Source: an uncultured Desulfobacterales bacterium
Lineage (GTDB): Bacteria > Desulfobacterota > Dissulfuribacteria > Dissulfuribacterales > S140-46
Assembly (NCBI GenBank): GCA_964620365.1
Contig: CAZUIH010000002.1
Span: forward strand, 1,598 to 65,597
Direction of reading: 5' to 3'
Length of the DNA: 64,000 nt
Both the position numbers and the translations under genes were made by a program. Positions 49,009 through 58,044 of this stretch are shown piece by piece; the first letter of the stretch is position 1, and every line of letters begins with the position of its first letter. A model generated the notes under the pieces. The model was not told where the DNA came from. It made no database searches and saw nothing but the letters and a program-made list of their open reading frames with translations.

Positions 49009-49709
49009 TTATTGCCTCCTGAAAAATAATTTTCAAGTCTCTCGGTCAACATCCAACGTAGTTCCTTCAATGATGAAAAGTATGGGTCTAGGGCCATTAT
49101 TTCCTGCCTAAGGTCATTATATTTATCGCCCCAGCCGACCAGCCAGGCACTGAAGTCATCACTGCGATCCTCTGTCCTTTTCCTGGCATCTATAAAGTGG
49201 TAAAAGATGCTTCCCAAAGACATTTCCGGCACAATGTTGGGAAGGTCACTGGGATCCTCGAGAAAGATGCCTGTGTCGAAAACCACTATCTGGGAACGTA
49301 CAAAGTGGAACTGTTCATCGGCCCTCGCCCAGGAAATAAACTCATTTTGATCAAGTCTATCCTCTATCCTTTCCACAACTTCCTGCCTAAGGGATTCAAT
49401 ATCATCAAATTCAGTGGGATCAATCACACTCAATCTTTCTGCAAGGTCCTTTTCATGTAAGCCATGATACACCCACGCAGCAAAATCGTTGTTGTATTCC
49501 GGCTCATCAAAATGGGATTCCAGAAAACGTCCCCAGAAATGATGATAGACACTGCCCTCATGAACCCTAAGAAGACAATCCCTGAATTCCCTTAGGTTCT
49601 GGGCCTTGCAACCGGTTGACATCATTACTAGGGCACAATCTCTTACGTGAAAAGGCTGGGTAAGATTGCTCTTTTCTCCGCCTTGTTCAGACATAGACCT
49701 CTCCTCCAA
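49005..49709 (-). CDS. conserved hypothetical protein, first gene of the trehalose operon (possibly DUF5752-like)
   Basis: 234 aa with a 4 nt overlap onto the TreT-like gene. The family name is from memory only. Confidence 0.45.
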   Translation of the reverse strand: MEERSMSEQGGEKSNLTQPFHVRDCALVMMSTGCKAQNLREFRDCLLRVHEGSVYHHFWGRFLESHFDEPEYNNDFAAWVYHGLHEKDLAERLSVIDPTEFDDIESLRQEVVERIEDRLDQNEFISWARADEQFHFVRSQIVVFDTGIFLEDPSDLPNIVPEMSLGSIFYHFIDARKRTEDRSDDFSAWLVGWGDKYNDLRQEIMALDPYFSSLKELRWMLTERLENYFSGGNK

Positions 49710-49916
49710 GCTCGAAAAGACTCGCTAGGATTACTTTAACGAACGCTACTACATATTCTCAAAACATATTACAATAATGAAATATAAACAACACATATCC
49801 AGACCGTATTCAGAGGAAAATCAGTTATGAGATTTTTTTGACCGATATTACTATTGCCTTTTTAAAAAAACTGGTCTATTTAACTCGACTCCCGAAGAAA
49901 TGGAAACCAAAACCTA

Positions 49917-50573
49917 GTGTCATCTGAAGAGCTACATAAATCAGTACTTATTATTTCCTTTTCCCTGAGCGGCCAGACCCGAAAACTGATCAAGGCGGTT
50001 CAAAAGGGGTTGGAAAACGAATCCATAAAGGTGGTTCATGAGCCCTTAACCCCTAGGGAAACCATTCCGTTCCCATTTCCATCCATATCTTACACTGCGG
50101 CAATGATGATAAAGACCCTCTTTAGGAGCCGCATCGAGATACATCCTCTCAGTCCGAACGCCTTCAAAAAATATGACTTGGTAATTATTGCTGGCCCCAC
50201 CTGGTCCTATAATCCAAGTGGGCCTATACTCACCTTTTTCGACCGGTTCGCAGACGCCATCCTGAAGGATACATACGTGCTTCCGCTGATATCATGCCGT
50301 GGATATTGGAGGCTGCACTGGCTGGGGCTGAAAAGACTCATCAGGCATTGTCATGGTATTGCCTTGAAACCATGGGCCTTCAACCATGCTGTTGCCGAAC
50401 CCTGGCGTACCATAGGGGTCTTCCTGACACTGGCTGGTAAACGCCCCAAAAGGATTCCGGTTCTCAGACGATTTTATACCCGTTATGGACATAGCAAAAG
50501 ACAGCTGCAAAAAGCCGAGGAGATGGCCAAAAACCTGGGGAAAAATCTGAGACAAAACACGTTCCCTCACTAA
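49917..50573 (+). CDS. flavodoxin-fold protein of unknown function
   Basis: GTG start. VLIISFSLSGQTRKL...DLVIIAGPTW resembles flavodoxin-like folds. Confidence 0.4.
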   Translation: MSSEELHKSVLIISFSLSGQTRKLIKAVQKGLENESIKVVHEPLTPRETIPFPFPSISYTAAMMIKTLFRSRIEIHPLSPNAFKKYDLVIIAGPTWSYNPSGPILTFFDRFADAILKDTYVLPLISCRGYWRLHWLGLKRLIRHCHGIALKPWAFNHAVAEPWRTIGVFLTLAGKRPKRIPVLRRFYTRYGHSKRQLQKAEEMAKNLGKNLRQNTFPH

Positions 50574-50659
50574 TCTAACCCTCCCCCCTTGACTCCATGA
50601 TAACTGAACTTATTTTTTCTATGGATTCAATGGAAAATCCTTAAAAAAGGAGGTGTTGT

Positions 50660-51106
50660 ATGATGTTTGAGATTGCTCCATGGAGACCATTTCGAGAATT
50701 GGGCAACCTCAGAAGGGAGATGGACAGGCTTTGGGAAGACTTCTTTGGCGGCAAAGACATGTTTCCAGCTGAAACTGCGTGGATGCCGGCTGTAGACATA
50801 TCAGAAGACAAGGAAGCCATCACTGTTAAGGCTGAGATCCCAGGCATGGATCCTAAAGATATAGATATCTCTCTTTCTGGAGACATGCTTGTAATCAAGG
50901 GCGAAAAAAAGCAGGAACGCGATAAAAAAGATGAAAATTATCATCGCATAGAAACGCGGTATGGGGCTTTTTCAAGGGCCCTGAGATTACCAGTGCCTGT
51001 AAACGCAGACAAGATTGAAGCGACCTATGAAAAAGGAATCTTGAAAGTGGTTCTTCCCAAGAAGGAAGAGGTGAAACCAAAACAGATCGAGATTAAAACA
51101 AACTAA
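50660..51106 (+). CDS. Hsp20/alpha-crystallin small heat-shock protein
   Basis: AAGGAGG SD. Alpha-crystallin core including the ATYEKGILKVVLPKK motif. Confidence 0.9.
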   Translation: MMFEIAPWRPFRELGNLRREMDRLWEDFFGGKDMFPAETAWMPAVDISEDKEAITVKAEIPGMDPKDIDISLSGDMLVIKGEKKQERDKKDENYHRIETRYGAFSRALRLPVPVNADKIEATYEKGILKVVLPKKEEVKPKQIEIKTN

Positions 51107-51129
51107 CGTTGATCAACATCATACCAGAA

Positions 51130-51172
51130 AAAAAGGCGGAAATTCGCTTGAAATTTCCGCCTTTTTTATTTT
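51130..51172 (+). terminator. rho-independent terminator after hsp20
   Basis: GGCGGAAATT-CGCTTG-AAATTTCCGCC followed by TTTTTTATTTT. Confidence 0.85.
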
Positions 51173-51351
51173 CCGGTTATTGAAGATACAAAGACGGGAT
51201 CATCCTCAAGCCTAAGTTGCAAGATGGCAGAAAAGTACAGTGGCAAAACGACACGATCGTATGGAGTTGATTGAATGAAACCGAGAACAATAGTATAAAT
51301 CATTTTGCAGAAATACAGTCGATCCTCTAGAATGAGATCTGAAGTAGGTAT

Positions 51352-51912
51352 ATGTTGAAAAATACTCTTGTGCTTGGCGGATCAAGAAGTGGCAAAAGCA
51401 GCTTTGCCTTGAGATCAGGCGAGCGTTTTTTAAAAAACTTTTCAATGAAAGACGCAAAGGGACTCTATATTGCCACGGCCCAGCCTCTTGATCCCGAAAT
51501 GAAAGACAGAATCATAAAACACAAAAGGGAAAGGGGCCCTTTGTGGGAAACTGTAGAGGAGCCTCTGGATGTCCCGGGTATCATAAACCGGAGAGCGGAT
51601 TCCGTCGGTGTCATACTGGTAGATTGCATGACCCTTTGGCTGACAAACATCCTGGGCAGCGCCAAGGAGCAGATGGATAACATGACAAACTCCCTATGTA
51701 GGGTAGTATCGGAATCAAAGACCCCTGTCATACTAGTATCCAATGAATTAGGTCTAGGTTTGGTCCCGCCTACACCTCTGGGAAGGGAATTTCGGGACTA
51801 TGCCGGTCTTTTGAACCAAAGACTGGCCCAGACATGTGACAGGGTGATCATGGTCATAGCTGGGATTCCTATGGCAATTAAAGGAGAGATCGAGTCATGG
51901 GAGATGAATTGA
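51352..51912 (+). CDS. cobU: adenosylcobinamide kinase / adenosylcobinamide-phosphate guanylyltransferase
   Basis: P-loop [11 protein letters not shown]; 186 aa. Overlaps cobT by 16 nt. Confidence 0.85.
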   Translation: MLKNTLVLGGSRSGKSSFALRSGERFLKNFSMKDAKGLYIATAQPLDPEMKDRIIKHKRERGPLWETVEEPLDVPGIINRRADSVGVILVDCMTLWLTNILGSAKEQMDNMTNSLCRVVSESKTPVILVSNELGLGLVPPTPLGREFRDYAGLLNQRLAQTCDRVIMVIAGIPMAIKGEIESWEMN

Positions 51913-52964
51913 ACAGGGTAATTGAACAGATAAAGCCTGTAACATACGAAAAAGAAAAGGATATCCAGGCCCACTTGGATAACCTTACCAAACCCAGGGG
52001 AAGTCTGGGAAGATTGGAAGAGCTTGCCAAAAAGTATGCGCTTATCCATGATACCATCCAGCCCGAACTTCCTGAAAAAAGTGTGTATGTCTTTGCCGGG
52101 GACCACGGGGTAACCGAGGAGGGAATAAGTGCCTTTCCCAAGGAAGTGACCTTCCAGATGGTCCACAATTTCCTCCAGGGAGGCGCTGGCATAAATGTGT
52201 TGGCAAGGCATGTAGGCGCCCAAGTCCATGTCGTGGACATTGGAGTGGATTATGACTTTCCGGATATTCCGAACCTCATAAGCAAAAAGGTGGCCCATGG
52301 GACCAAAAACATGGCAAAAGGTCCAGCTATGACGAGGGAGGAGACCCTTAGGGCCATACTTACAGGGATTGAACTTGCTACAACAGGTATAAGGCAGGGG
52401 AAAACACTTATTGCCACAGGTGAAATGGGAATAGGCAATACCACACCGGCAAGTGCCATTACGGCTGTACTTTGCGGCAAAAGTGTCCAGGAGGTAACCG
52501 GGAGAGGTACAGGAATCGGCGATGATGCCCTCAACCACAAAATAAGGGTGATTGAAAAGGCAATTGATGTGAATCGCCCAGACCCAAATGATCCTCTGGA
52601 CACCCTGTCCAAGGTTGGCGGATTGGAGATAGCGGGCATATGCGGTCTAGTGTTGGGTTGTGCAGCAAACAGGACACCAGTAGTAACTGACGGCTTCATT
52701 TCTACGGCAGGCGCACTCGTGGCATACCAGTTAAATCCCGCAGTGAAAGATTATCTCTTCGCCTCACATCAATCAATGGAACAGGGGCATCGTATACAGC
52801 TGGAACACATGAGATTAAAGCCCGTGCTAGACCTGGATCTCAGGCTTGGTGAGGGAACGGGTGCTGCCTTAGCCATGAATCTAATAGAAGCCGGAATAAA
52901 AATTTATTCTGAAATGGCCACCTTTGAGGCTGCAAGTGTAGCTGAAGGCAATGAAGTACTTTAG
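51897..52964 (+). CDS. cobT: nicotinate-nucleotide--dimethylbenzimidazole phosphoribosyltransferase
   Basis: GEMGIGNTT and LRLGEGTGA motifs; 355 aa. Confidence 0.9.
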   Translation: MGDELNRVIEQIKPVTYEKEKDIQAHLDNLTKPRGSLGRLEELAKKYALIHDTIQPELPEKSVYVFAGDHGVTEEGISAFPKEVTFQMVHNFLQGGAGINVLARHVGAQVHVVDIGVDYDFPDIPNLISKKVAHGTKNMAKGPAMTREETLRAILTGIELATTGIRQGKTLIATGEMGIGNTTPASAITAVLCGKSVQEVTGRGTGIGDDALNHKIRVIEKAIDVNRPDPNDPLDTLSKVGGLEIAGICGLVLGCAANRTPVVTDGFISTAGALVAYQLNPAVKDYLFASHQSMEQGHRIQLEHMRLKPVLDLDLRLGEGTGAALAMNLIEAGIKIYSEMATFEAASVAEGNEVL

Positions 52965-52965
52965 A

Positions 52966-53076
52966 GGACCCTTAGAATTGCCCTTTTCTCCGGTGCCTGC
53001 GTTGCTCGTCGGCCCAAAATACTAACATGCTAAGTGTGTCGCGCTTCTTTGCCTCCTAGTGCATTGTCCTCGCGCA
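52966..53076. repeat. family-2 repeat, copy 2
   Basis: Aligns with 22962..23117 (see copy 1). Begins 2 nt after the cobT stop. Confidence 0.5.
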
Positions 53077-53330
53077 AATGACCACATGAGCTGATCACCC
53101 CGTTCAAGTCACCGCCCAAAGATTGCACAAAAACACCATCTTAAAAAATTGGTGATAGTCAGTATCGCCCCTCTACCATGCTACGATAATTATACAAGTA
53201 TGACTTGGACGCAGGGACAAATATTTTCCCTTCGACCAGCATTCGCCCAAAAAAATGACGAAACACCGGTTTTCCCTATCTGTCACCCCTGACTACCCAA
53301 TTTAACTTAAACATTCTTACTGATGTCGCG

Positions 53331-53389
53331 AAAAGCCCCCTGGTAAAATTGACGCAAGTCTCAATAAAAATTGCCAGCGGCTTTTTTTT
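53331..53389 (+). terminator. compound hairpin plus T8 (terminator-like) inside a 616 nt ORF-free spacer
   Basis: Outer pairs AAGCC..CTGG / CCAG..GGCTT enclose ATTGAC-GCAA-G(TC)TCAAT (GNRA loop), followed by TTTTTTTT. Confidence 0.45.
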
Positions 53390-53580
53390 AGACACTCCTA
53401 AGAAATAATAGTAATTTTTTTTGGGGATTGACGAATTTTTTAAAATAATTTAATCATAATATAATTTTTTTACAAAACTTTAAAAAAAATAATAAACTTT
53501 GACACTTAATTAGTTTGTTTCGATTAACATCCATTAAACGAAGAACCATTTAAAATCCGAGGAGGAGGAGGAAAAAATCC

Positions 53581-55677
53581 ATGAGAACAAGATCGGTTAC
53601 TCTATTTTGCAATATTGTGATCTTTCTCACAATCCATTTATTCCTTTTCACAGTAAATGCCAACGCGAACACTGCAACAACTAGTGTCTCTCTTGACGCC
53701 TACACAGCCACATACCTTGAACTAATAGTTGAGCCAGATGAAGTTGCAATGACTGTTCAGATTACGCAAGGATCAGGAGATATTGATCTGTATCTAAAAA
53801 AAGGGTCTCCTGCCATGGGCAGCAGCACAAGTGAAATATCGGCGAATGCCGATTTTGCATCCGAGGGAATATCCTGGAATGAAACTATAAATGTCGATCA
53901 GTCGACAAGCCCTGCCTTATCATCTGGTAGCTGGTACGTCACTCTGGTCAATCTCAACGATTATGCTGTCTCTGTAACCGTCCAGGTAACCAGTGAAACC
54001 CAGAGTCCGGATGGACAAACGGGAGGTTCCTCAACCGCCAGCAACCTTCATTTCAAGCCACAAACCGGCCTTTGGTATAACAAGTCACAACCCGGACACG
54101 GAATCGACTTTGAGATGTCAGGGAACAATCTTACTGCCGTATGGTACACATATAATACAGACAGCACCCCCACTTGGTATCTCGCTACGGCACCTCTTAC
54201 CGGCGGTACTTGGACCGCTACCCTGAACAAATATCATTGGGACGGATCCTCAGCAACCCCCACCCCAGTCGGTACAGTAACAGTAAACTTCTCCACCCGT
54301 ACCCAGGCAACCTTCAGCTGGACCCTAAATGGACAAAGCGGCAGCGAACCCATTGAGCGTTTTGTACTAAATGATCAGATCCCCCCATCCAATTACACCG
54401 GCCTTTGGTATAACAGCGCAGAGCCTGGTTACGGATATTCAATAGATACCCAAGGGAATGCAGAGGCGATAGTAGCCTATTTTTATGACAATCAAGGTCA
54501 ACCCAGGTGGGCATTAACCTCTTCAACCAACTCAGACATGACTTCGCCTCAGACCCTACCGGTCAGTGTCTTTTTCGGACCGTGTCCCAATTGTGCCGGT
54601 TCCAATTTCTACTCAACCTCCGGAGGGACCATTTACAGAGAATATTTAGATGCCACTCACGCCACTATAGCGGCCAATATAGTCCTGCCGGATCCAATGA
54701 ACGCTTCGTGGAACAAGCCCTCGGCTCAGAACTCCTTGCTAAGTTCACAGGTCGACAACAAAAGGCTTGAGCTGGAAATGGCGATAGACTCGGTCATAGG
54801 ATACCTGTCGGAAGGAGATGACACACTTGAAGGATTCAGCGATATCTTCAGCTCACTGGACATCGAGTCTTCAACATCCACATGCCCAGTCATAACAACC
54901 AGCAACAGCGGCACCTCCTTGTCTGATCCAATGAGGGTAGACCTGACAGCCGATTTTGGGTCAGGCTGCACGGACCAAAAGGGCAACACCTGGAGCGGAA
55001 AAATTATAGCGACCGTAGATTTAAATCTGGGAAGCGCTATACACGCTGATTTCACTATTAATATAGATAATCTCCATAAAAATGGTGAATTGGTCGCTCA
55101 GGGCTCCGCCTCTGGCAATTTGGACCTCTCACTGTCAGAATCTTCATCACTTGCAAATGGTAGCGGAACGCTGACGCTGAATCTTACCGGTCCGGAAAAC
55201 AAGCCTGTTTCTGGCACCATTACAATTGCCATCAATAACATAGACATAGGTTCGCTTACAGACGAATCCGGCTCCTTTTCCCTGGCTTCGTTGCTCAACG
55301 CTATCGGCACAAACGGAGCCATTACCATCACCTTTAATAACGTAATTTATGGAGAAACAAACATTTCCGGAACCATTACCGGACAGGCAACAGCGATAGG
55401 AAATGGACAAGTTGATTTAAACCTTCAGACGACAGCAGGTCCTATAACCGGCAGTATCACCGTACGACAGGGCAGTACGAATACGGACTATCTCCTCAAT
55501 ACCGTGGGTACGGCTAATATACTGGGCTACAATGTCACTTTTAATAACATTGAATTCAATTCGGACATATGTACCAAATCCCCTGTTGGAGGAGAGCTTA
55601 TCCTTACCAAGGGTTCCAATAGTGGAAAATTCACATTTGACAGTTCATGTTTGGGATATAGCTACGAACCGCTCTAA
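53581..55677 (+). CDS. large secreted protein: PPC-like N-domain, duplicated GLWYN domain, Ser/Thr/Gly/Asn-rich C-terminal half
   Basis: GAGGAGGAGGAGG SD and a signal peptide. GSGDIDLYLKKGSP is typical of pre-peptidase C-terminal domains. There are two copies of a TGLWYN..PG.G domain. Confidence 0.6.
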   Translation: MRTRSVTLFCNIVIFLTIHLFLFTVNANANTATTSVSLDAYTATYLELIVEPDEVAMTVQITQGSGDIDLYLKKGSPAMGSSTSEISANADFASEGISWNETINVDQSTSPALSSGSWYVTLVNLNDYAVSVTVQVTSETQSPDGQTGGSSTASNLHFKPQTGLWYNKSQPGHGIDFEMSGNNLTAVWYTYNTDSTPTWYLATAPLTGGTWTATLNKYHWDGSSATPTPVGTVTVNFSTRTQATFSWTLNGQSGSEPIERFVLNDQIPPSNYTGLWYNSAEPGYGYSIDTQGNAEAIVAYFYDNQGQPRWALTSSTNSDMTSPQTLPVSVFFGPCPNCAGSNFYSTSGGTIYREYLDATHATIAANIVLPDPMNASWNKPSAQNSLLSSQVDNKRLELEMAIDSVIGYLSEGDDTLEGFSDIFSSLDIESSTSTCPVITTSNSGTSLSDPMRVDLTADFGSGCTDQKGNTWSGKIIATVDLNLGSAIHADFTINIDNLHKNGELVAQGSASGNLDLSLSESSSLANGSGTLTLNLTGPENKPVSGTITIAINNIDIGSLTDESGSFSLASLLNAIGTNGAITITFNNVIYGETNISGTITGQATAIGNGQVDLNLQTTAGPITGSITVRQGSTNTDYLLNTVGTANILGYNVTFNNIEFNSDICTKSPVGGELILTKGSNSGKFTFDSSCLGYSYEPL

Positions 55678-55810
55678 TACCGTCTAAGCTAGCCCCTTGC
55701 CTCTCACGGCAATAAACCTGGAGGCAAGGGGGCTAGTGAAAGTATTGTGCATATCATGACAACCATGAACGTAGGTAAAAGAAATTGATCCACTATATCC
55801 ATGGGCGTAT

Positions 55811-57133
55811 GTGAAAAAATACGCTCATACTCTCAAGGATGAACTGGTGACAGGCAATTTTTCCAGTTTTTTTGCGGTAAACTTGGCTCGTTGGTGGATC
55901 ATGATATTGGAACTCACTTCGAAAAACCTTACTAAAAAGCCTATCTCCAGAGCCAAACGGCAACGGATAATTCGTCTAGGAATCATCTTAGCCCTATTGA
56001 TTTGGCCGGAAACCGCCTTTGCAAAAGACGTGGCCTTCTCCTTCAATTCTGCCGACAAGGTGAAGGTTATGACCCTCAATCTCTATTTAGGAACGGACCT
56101 ATTCAAACTTCAAAATATGAACCCGTCAAAGCCATGGGAGATTATGACAGAGATTGGAGACAGGGTCATCGAGATGGTTGCCACCGATTTCCCATCGCGG
56201 GCAAAGAGGCTGGCAGAGGAAATTGGACGCTACGAACCCGACCTGATTGGTCTTCAGGAGGTTAATCTGATCCGCTTACAGTTCCCAGGCGACTTCCTTC
56301 TGGGGAATCCCGAACCGGCCGATTGGGTACTATACGACTACCTGGCTATACTTTTGAAGGCCTTGAAAGAACAGGGAATGGTATACAATGTGGCCGTCTC
56401 ACAAGAAAACATAGACATTGAAGTCCCGGCTGTTGTCTCCAGGGAAGGGATAGGGAACTTTTCCTTCGACGTGCGGCTCACAGACCGGGACGTCATCTTG
56501 GCCCGGTCCGGAGTTACGATTTCAAACACTACGATGCGTCATTACACCAACAACCTTCTGATACGATTCGGCGGTTTTTCTTTGAAGGTGCCCAAGGGAT
56601 TCGAGGCAGTGGACGCTGTCATAGATGGCAGGACCTACCGATTTGTCAACACACATCTAGAGGTCAAAGAAATGGATGAGGGCGTCACCCAGACGCTCCA
56701 GGCCCAGGAACTGGTGGATGAACTGGAACAACAGACCCTACCTGTAATTCTGGTGGGCGATTTCAACAGTGGACCCACAGACCAAGGTATGTCCCCATAT
56801 TTCATACTCAGCGAAGCGGGCTTTATAGATACATGGAAGCTGCGCGGCTGTGGGGCTGCCGATCCTGGCTATACCTGTTGTCAGGCGGCTGATCTTTCCA
56901 ACACAGATTCGGAGCTGTCTGAACGCATCGATATCGTATGGCTCCGTAACAACTTGGGATTCCTCCCATATTCAGTTATTGGTAGGACAGAGGCACAGGT
57001 CGTGGGAAACTTGCCAGAGGATCGTACGCCATCGGGTCTATGGCCCTCGGACCATGCCGGCGTGGTGACCGAGTTGGAGATCCCCATGGTGTCGCCACTG
57101 TCCCATGGCCTGCTTGAATACCAACTGCGGTAA
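55811..57133 (+). CDS. endonuclease/exonuclease/phosphatase (EEP) family protein, membrane-anchored or secreted
   Basis: VMTLNLYLGTD, GLQEV and WPSDHAGV motifs, with the hydrophobic segment LGIILALLIWPETAFA. The start is uncertain (GTG 55811 or ATG 55901). Confidence 0.75.
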   Translation: MKKYAHTLKDELVTGNFSSFFAVNLARWWIMILELTSKNLTKKPISRAKRQRIIRLGIILALLIWPETAFAKDVAFSFNSADKVKVMTLNLYLGTDLFKLQNMNPSKPWEIMTEIGDRVIEMVATDFPSRAKRLAEEIGRYEPDLIGLQEVNLIRLQFPGDFLLGNPEPADWVLYDYLAILLKALKEQGMVYNVAVSQENIDIEVPAVVSREGIGNFSFDVRLTDRDVILARSGVTISNTTMRHYTNNLLIRFGGFSLKVPKGFEAVDAVIDGRTYRFVNTHLEVKEMDEGVTQTLQAQELVDELEQQTLPVILVGDFNSGPTDQGMSPYFILSEAGFIDTWKLRGCGAADPGYTCCQAADLSNTDSELSERIDIVWLRNNLGFLPYSVIGRTEAQVVGNLPEDRTPSGLWPSDHAGVVTELEIPMVSPLSHGLLEYQLR

Positions 57134-57225
57134 CGCAGCACAAAACGACTTCGCATCCAAACCACCCTATGATAAGGCTCCACATCCCTATCCTATACCA
57201 GGATATATTCAAAAAAATTTCGGAT

Positions 57226-58044
57226 CTATATCTTGTTTATCCTGGCGCTTTTCGGAAGCTCTCCCCATGTGGTGCATGCATATGCCGAGTGGTTGTGGAT
57301 AGACTCAAAATTCTCGGCCTCCACGGTGAACCAGGTCACCTGTTCCAATCTCCTGAGTCCCTGGCACACACTTCTTACCAGGTCTTCCACAAACATCGGA
57401 CTGTCATATGCCTTCTCTGTCACGAATTTTTCGTCGGGCCTTTTTAGTACTGAATAGACTTCTGAAGATGCCGCCTGTTCTACCTGGCTTATAACGTCTT
57501 CCAGCCAAAGAAAACCATCGAACCTCACCCAAACCCTGACTTCGCCACGTTGATTGTGTGCACCGTAATCGGATATCTCCTTTGAACAAGGACACACAGT
57601 AGTCACTGGCACGCGTGCCACCAAGACCATGTCCAGCCGGTCAGTCATGGTGCCATAAAGGCCGCATCCATACTCCATAAGCCCTGGCGTGTTGGTAATA
57701 GGGGCCTTTTTCTCAATAAAATAGGAGAAGTCGACCTCCAGATGGGCCTCCTCTGCATCAAGACGATTCTTCATCTCGTTGAGAATTGAGGCAAAGGTCC
57801 TTACGTTTATCTCACGCCGGTATTGGTTGAGTATCTCAACAAACCGGCTCATGTGAGTCCCCTTGAAATGCTGGGGAAGATTTACATACATGTTGATGCT
57901 GGCAACTGTCTGCTGTGTCGTGTTCTCCTTGTCAAGCACCGTAATTGGATAGCGGATATTTTTTATCCCCACCCGGTCAAGGGGTATACGTCTGTTGTCA
58001 GGAAGACTCTGGACATCAGCAAGAAGAGAAAATCTCTCGTTCAT
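57226..58044 (-). CDS. folE2: GTP cyclohydrolase IB (FolE2/MptA family)
   Basis: 272 aa. The N-terminal DVQSLPDNRRIPLDRVGIKNIRYPI and the CPCS region match FolE2 as recalled. Confidence 0.8.
   Translation of the reverse strand: MNERFSLLADVQSLPDNRRIPLDRVGIKNIRYPITVLDKENTTQQTVASINMYVNLPQHFKGTHMSRFVEILNQYRREINVRTFASILNEMKNRLDAEEAHLEVDFSYFIEKKAPITNTPGLMEYGCGLYGTMTDRLDMVLVARVPVTTVCPCSKEISDYGAHNQRGEVRVWVRFDGFLWLEDVISQVEQAASSEVYSVLKRPDEKFVTEKAYDSPMFVEDLVRSVCQGLRRLEQVTWFTVEAENFESIHNHSAYACTTWGELPKSARINKI

Noticed and set aside
51238-51244. B12-box-like heptamer (GCCACTG on the minus strand) upstream of cobU, plus a second CCCGCCACTGCA in the era-lpxC spacer (minus sense, about 35215..35226)
   Set aside because: The cobU-proximal hit is on the wrong strand for cobU. 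Neither site has the flanking GGGAA / GGTG / CCCGC-ACTG core elements of cobalamin riboswitches. A heptamer alone is expected by chance.
51798-52538. 246-aa minus-strand ORF antisense to cobT. Similar long antisense ORFs lie at 38068..38691 (ilvD), 41000..41539, 43868..44365 and 17202..17639.
   Set aside because: Each lies entirely within a well-supported gene on the other strand. Each has Arg/Ser/Pro/Cys-rich shadow-frame composition.
53200-53310. Small plus-strand ORF ending ...PICHP-TGA-LPNLT-TAA, which would give a C-x-x-U motif
   Set aside because: There is no SD before the ATG, no downstream hairpin with a GGU loop, and only 5 codons after the TGA. Unlike the three reported candidates, it has no supporting context.
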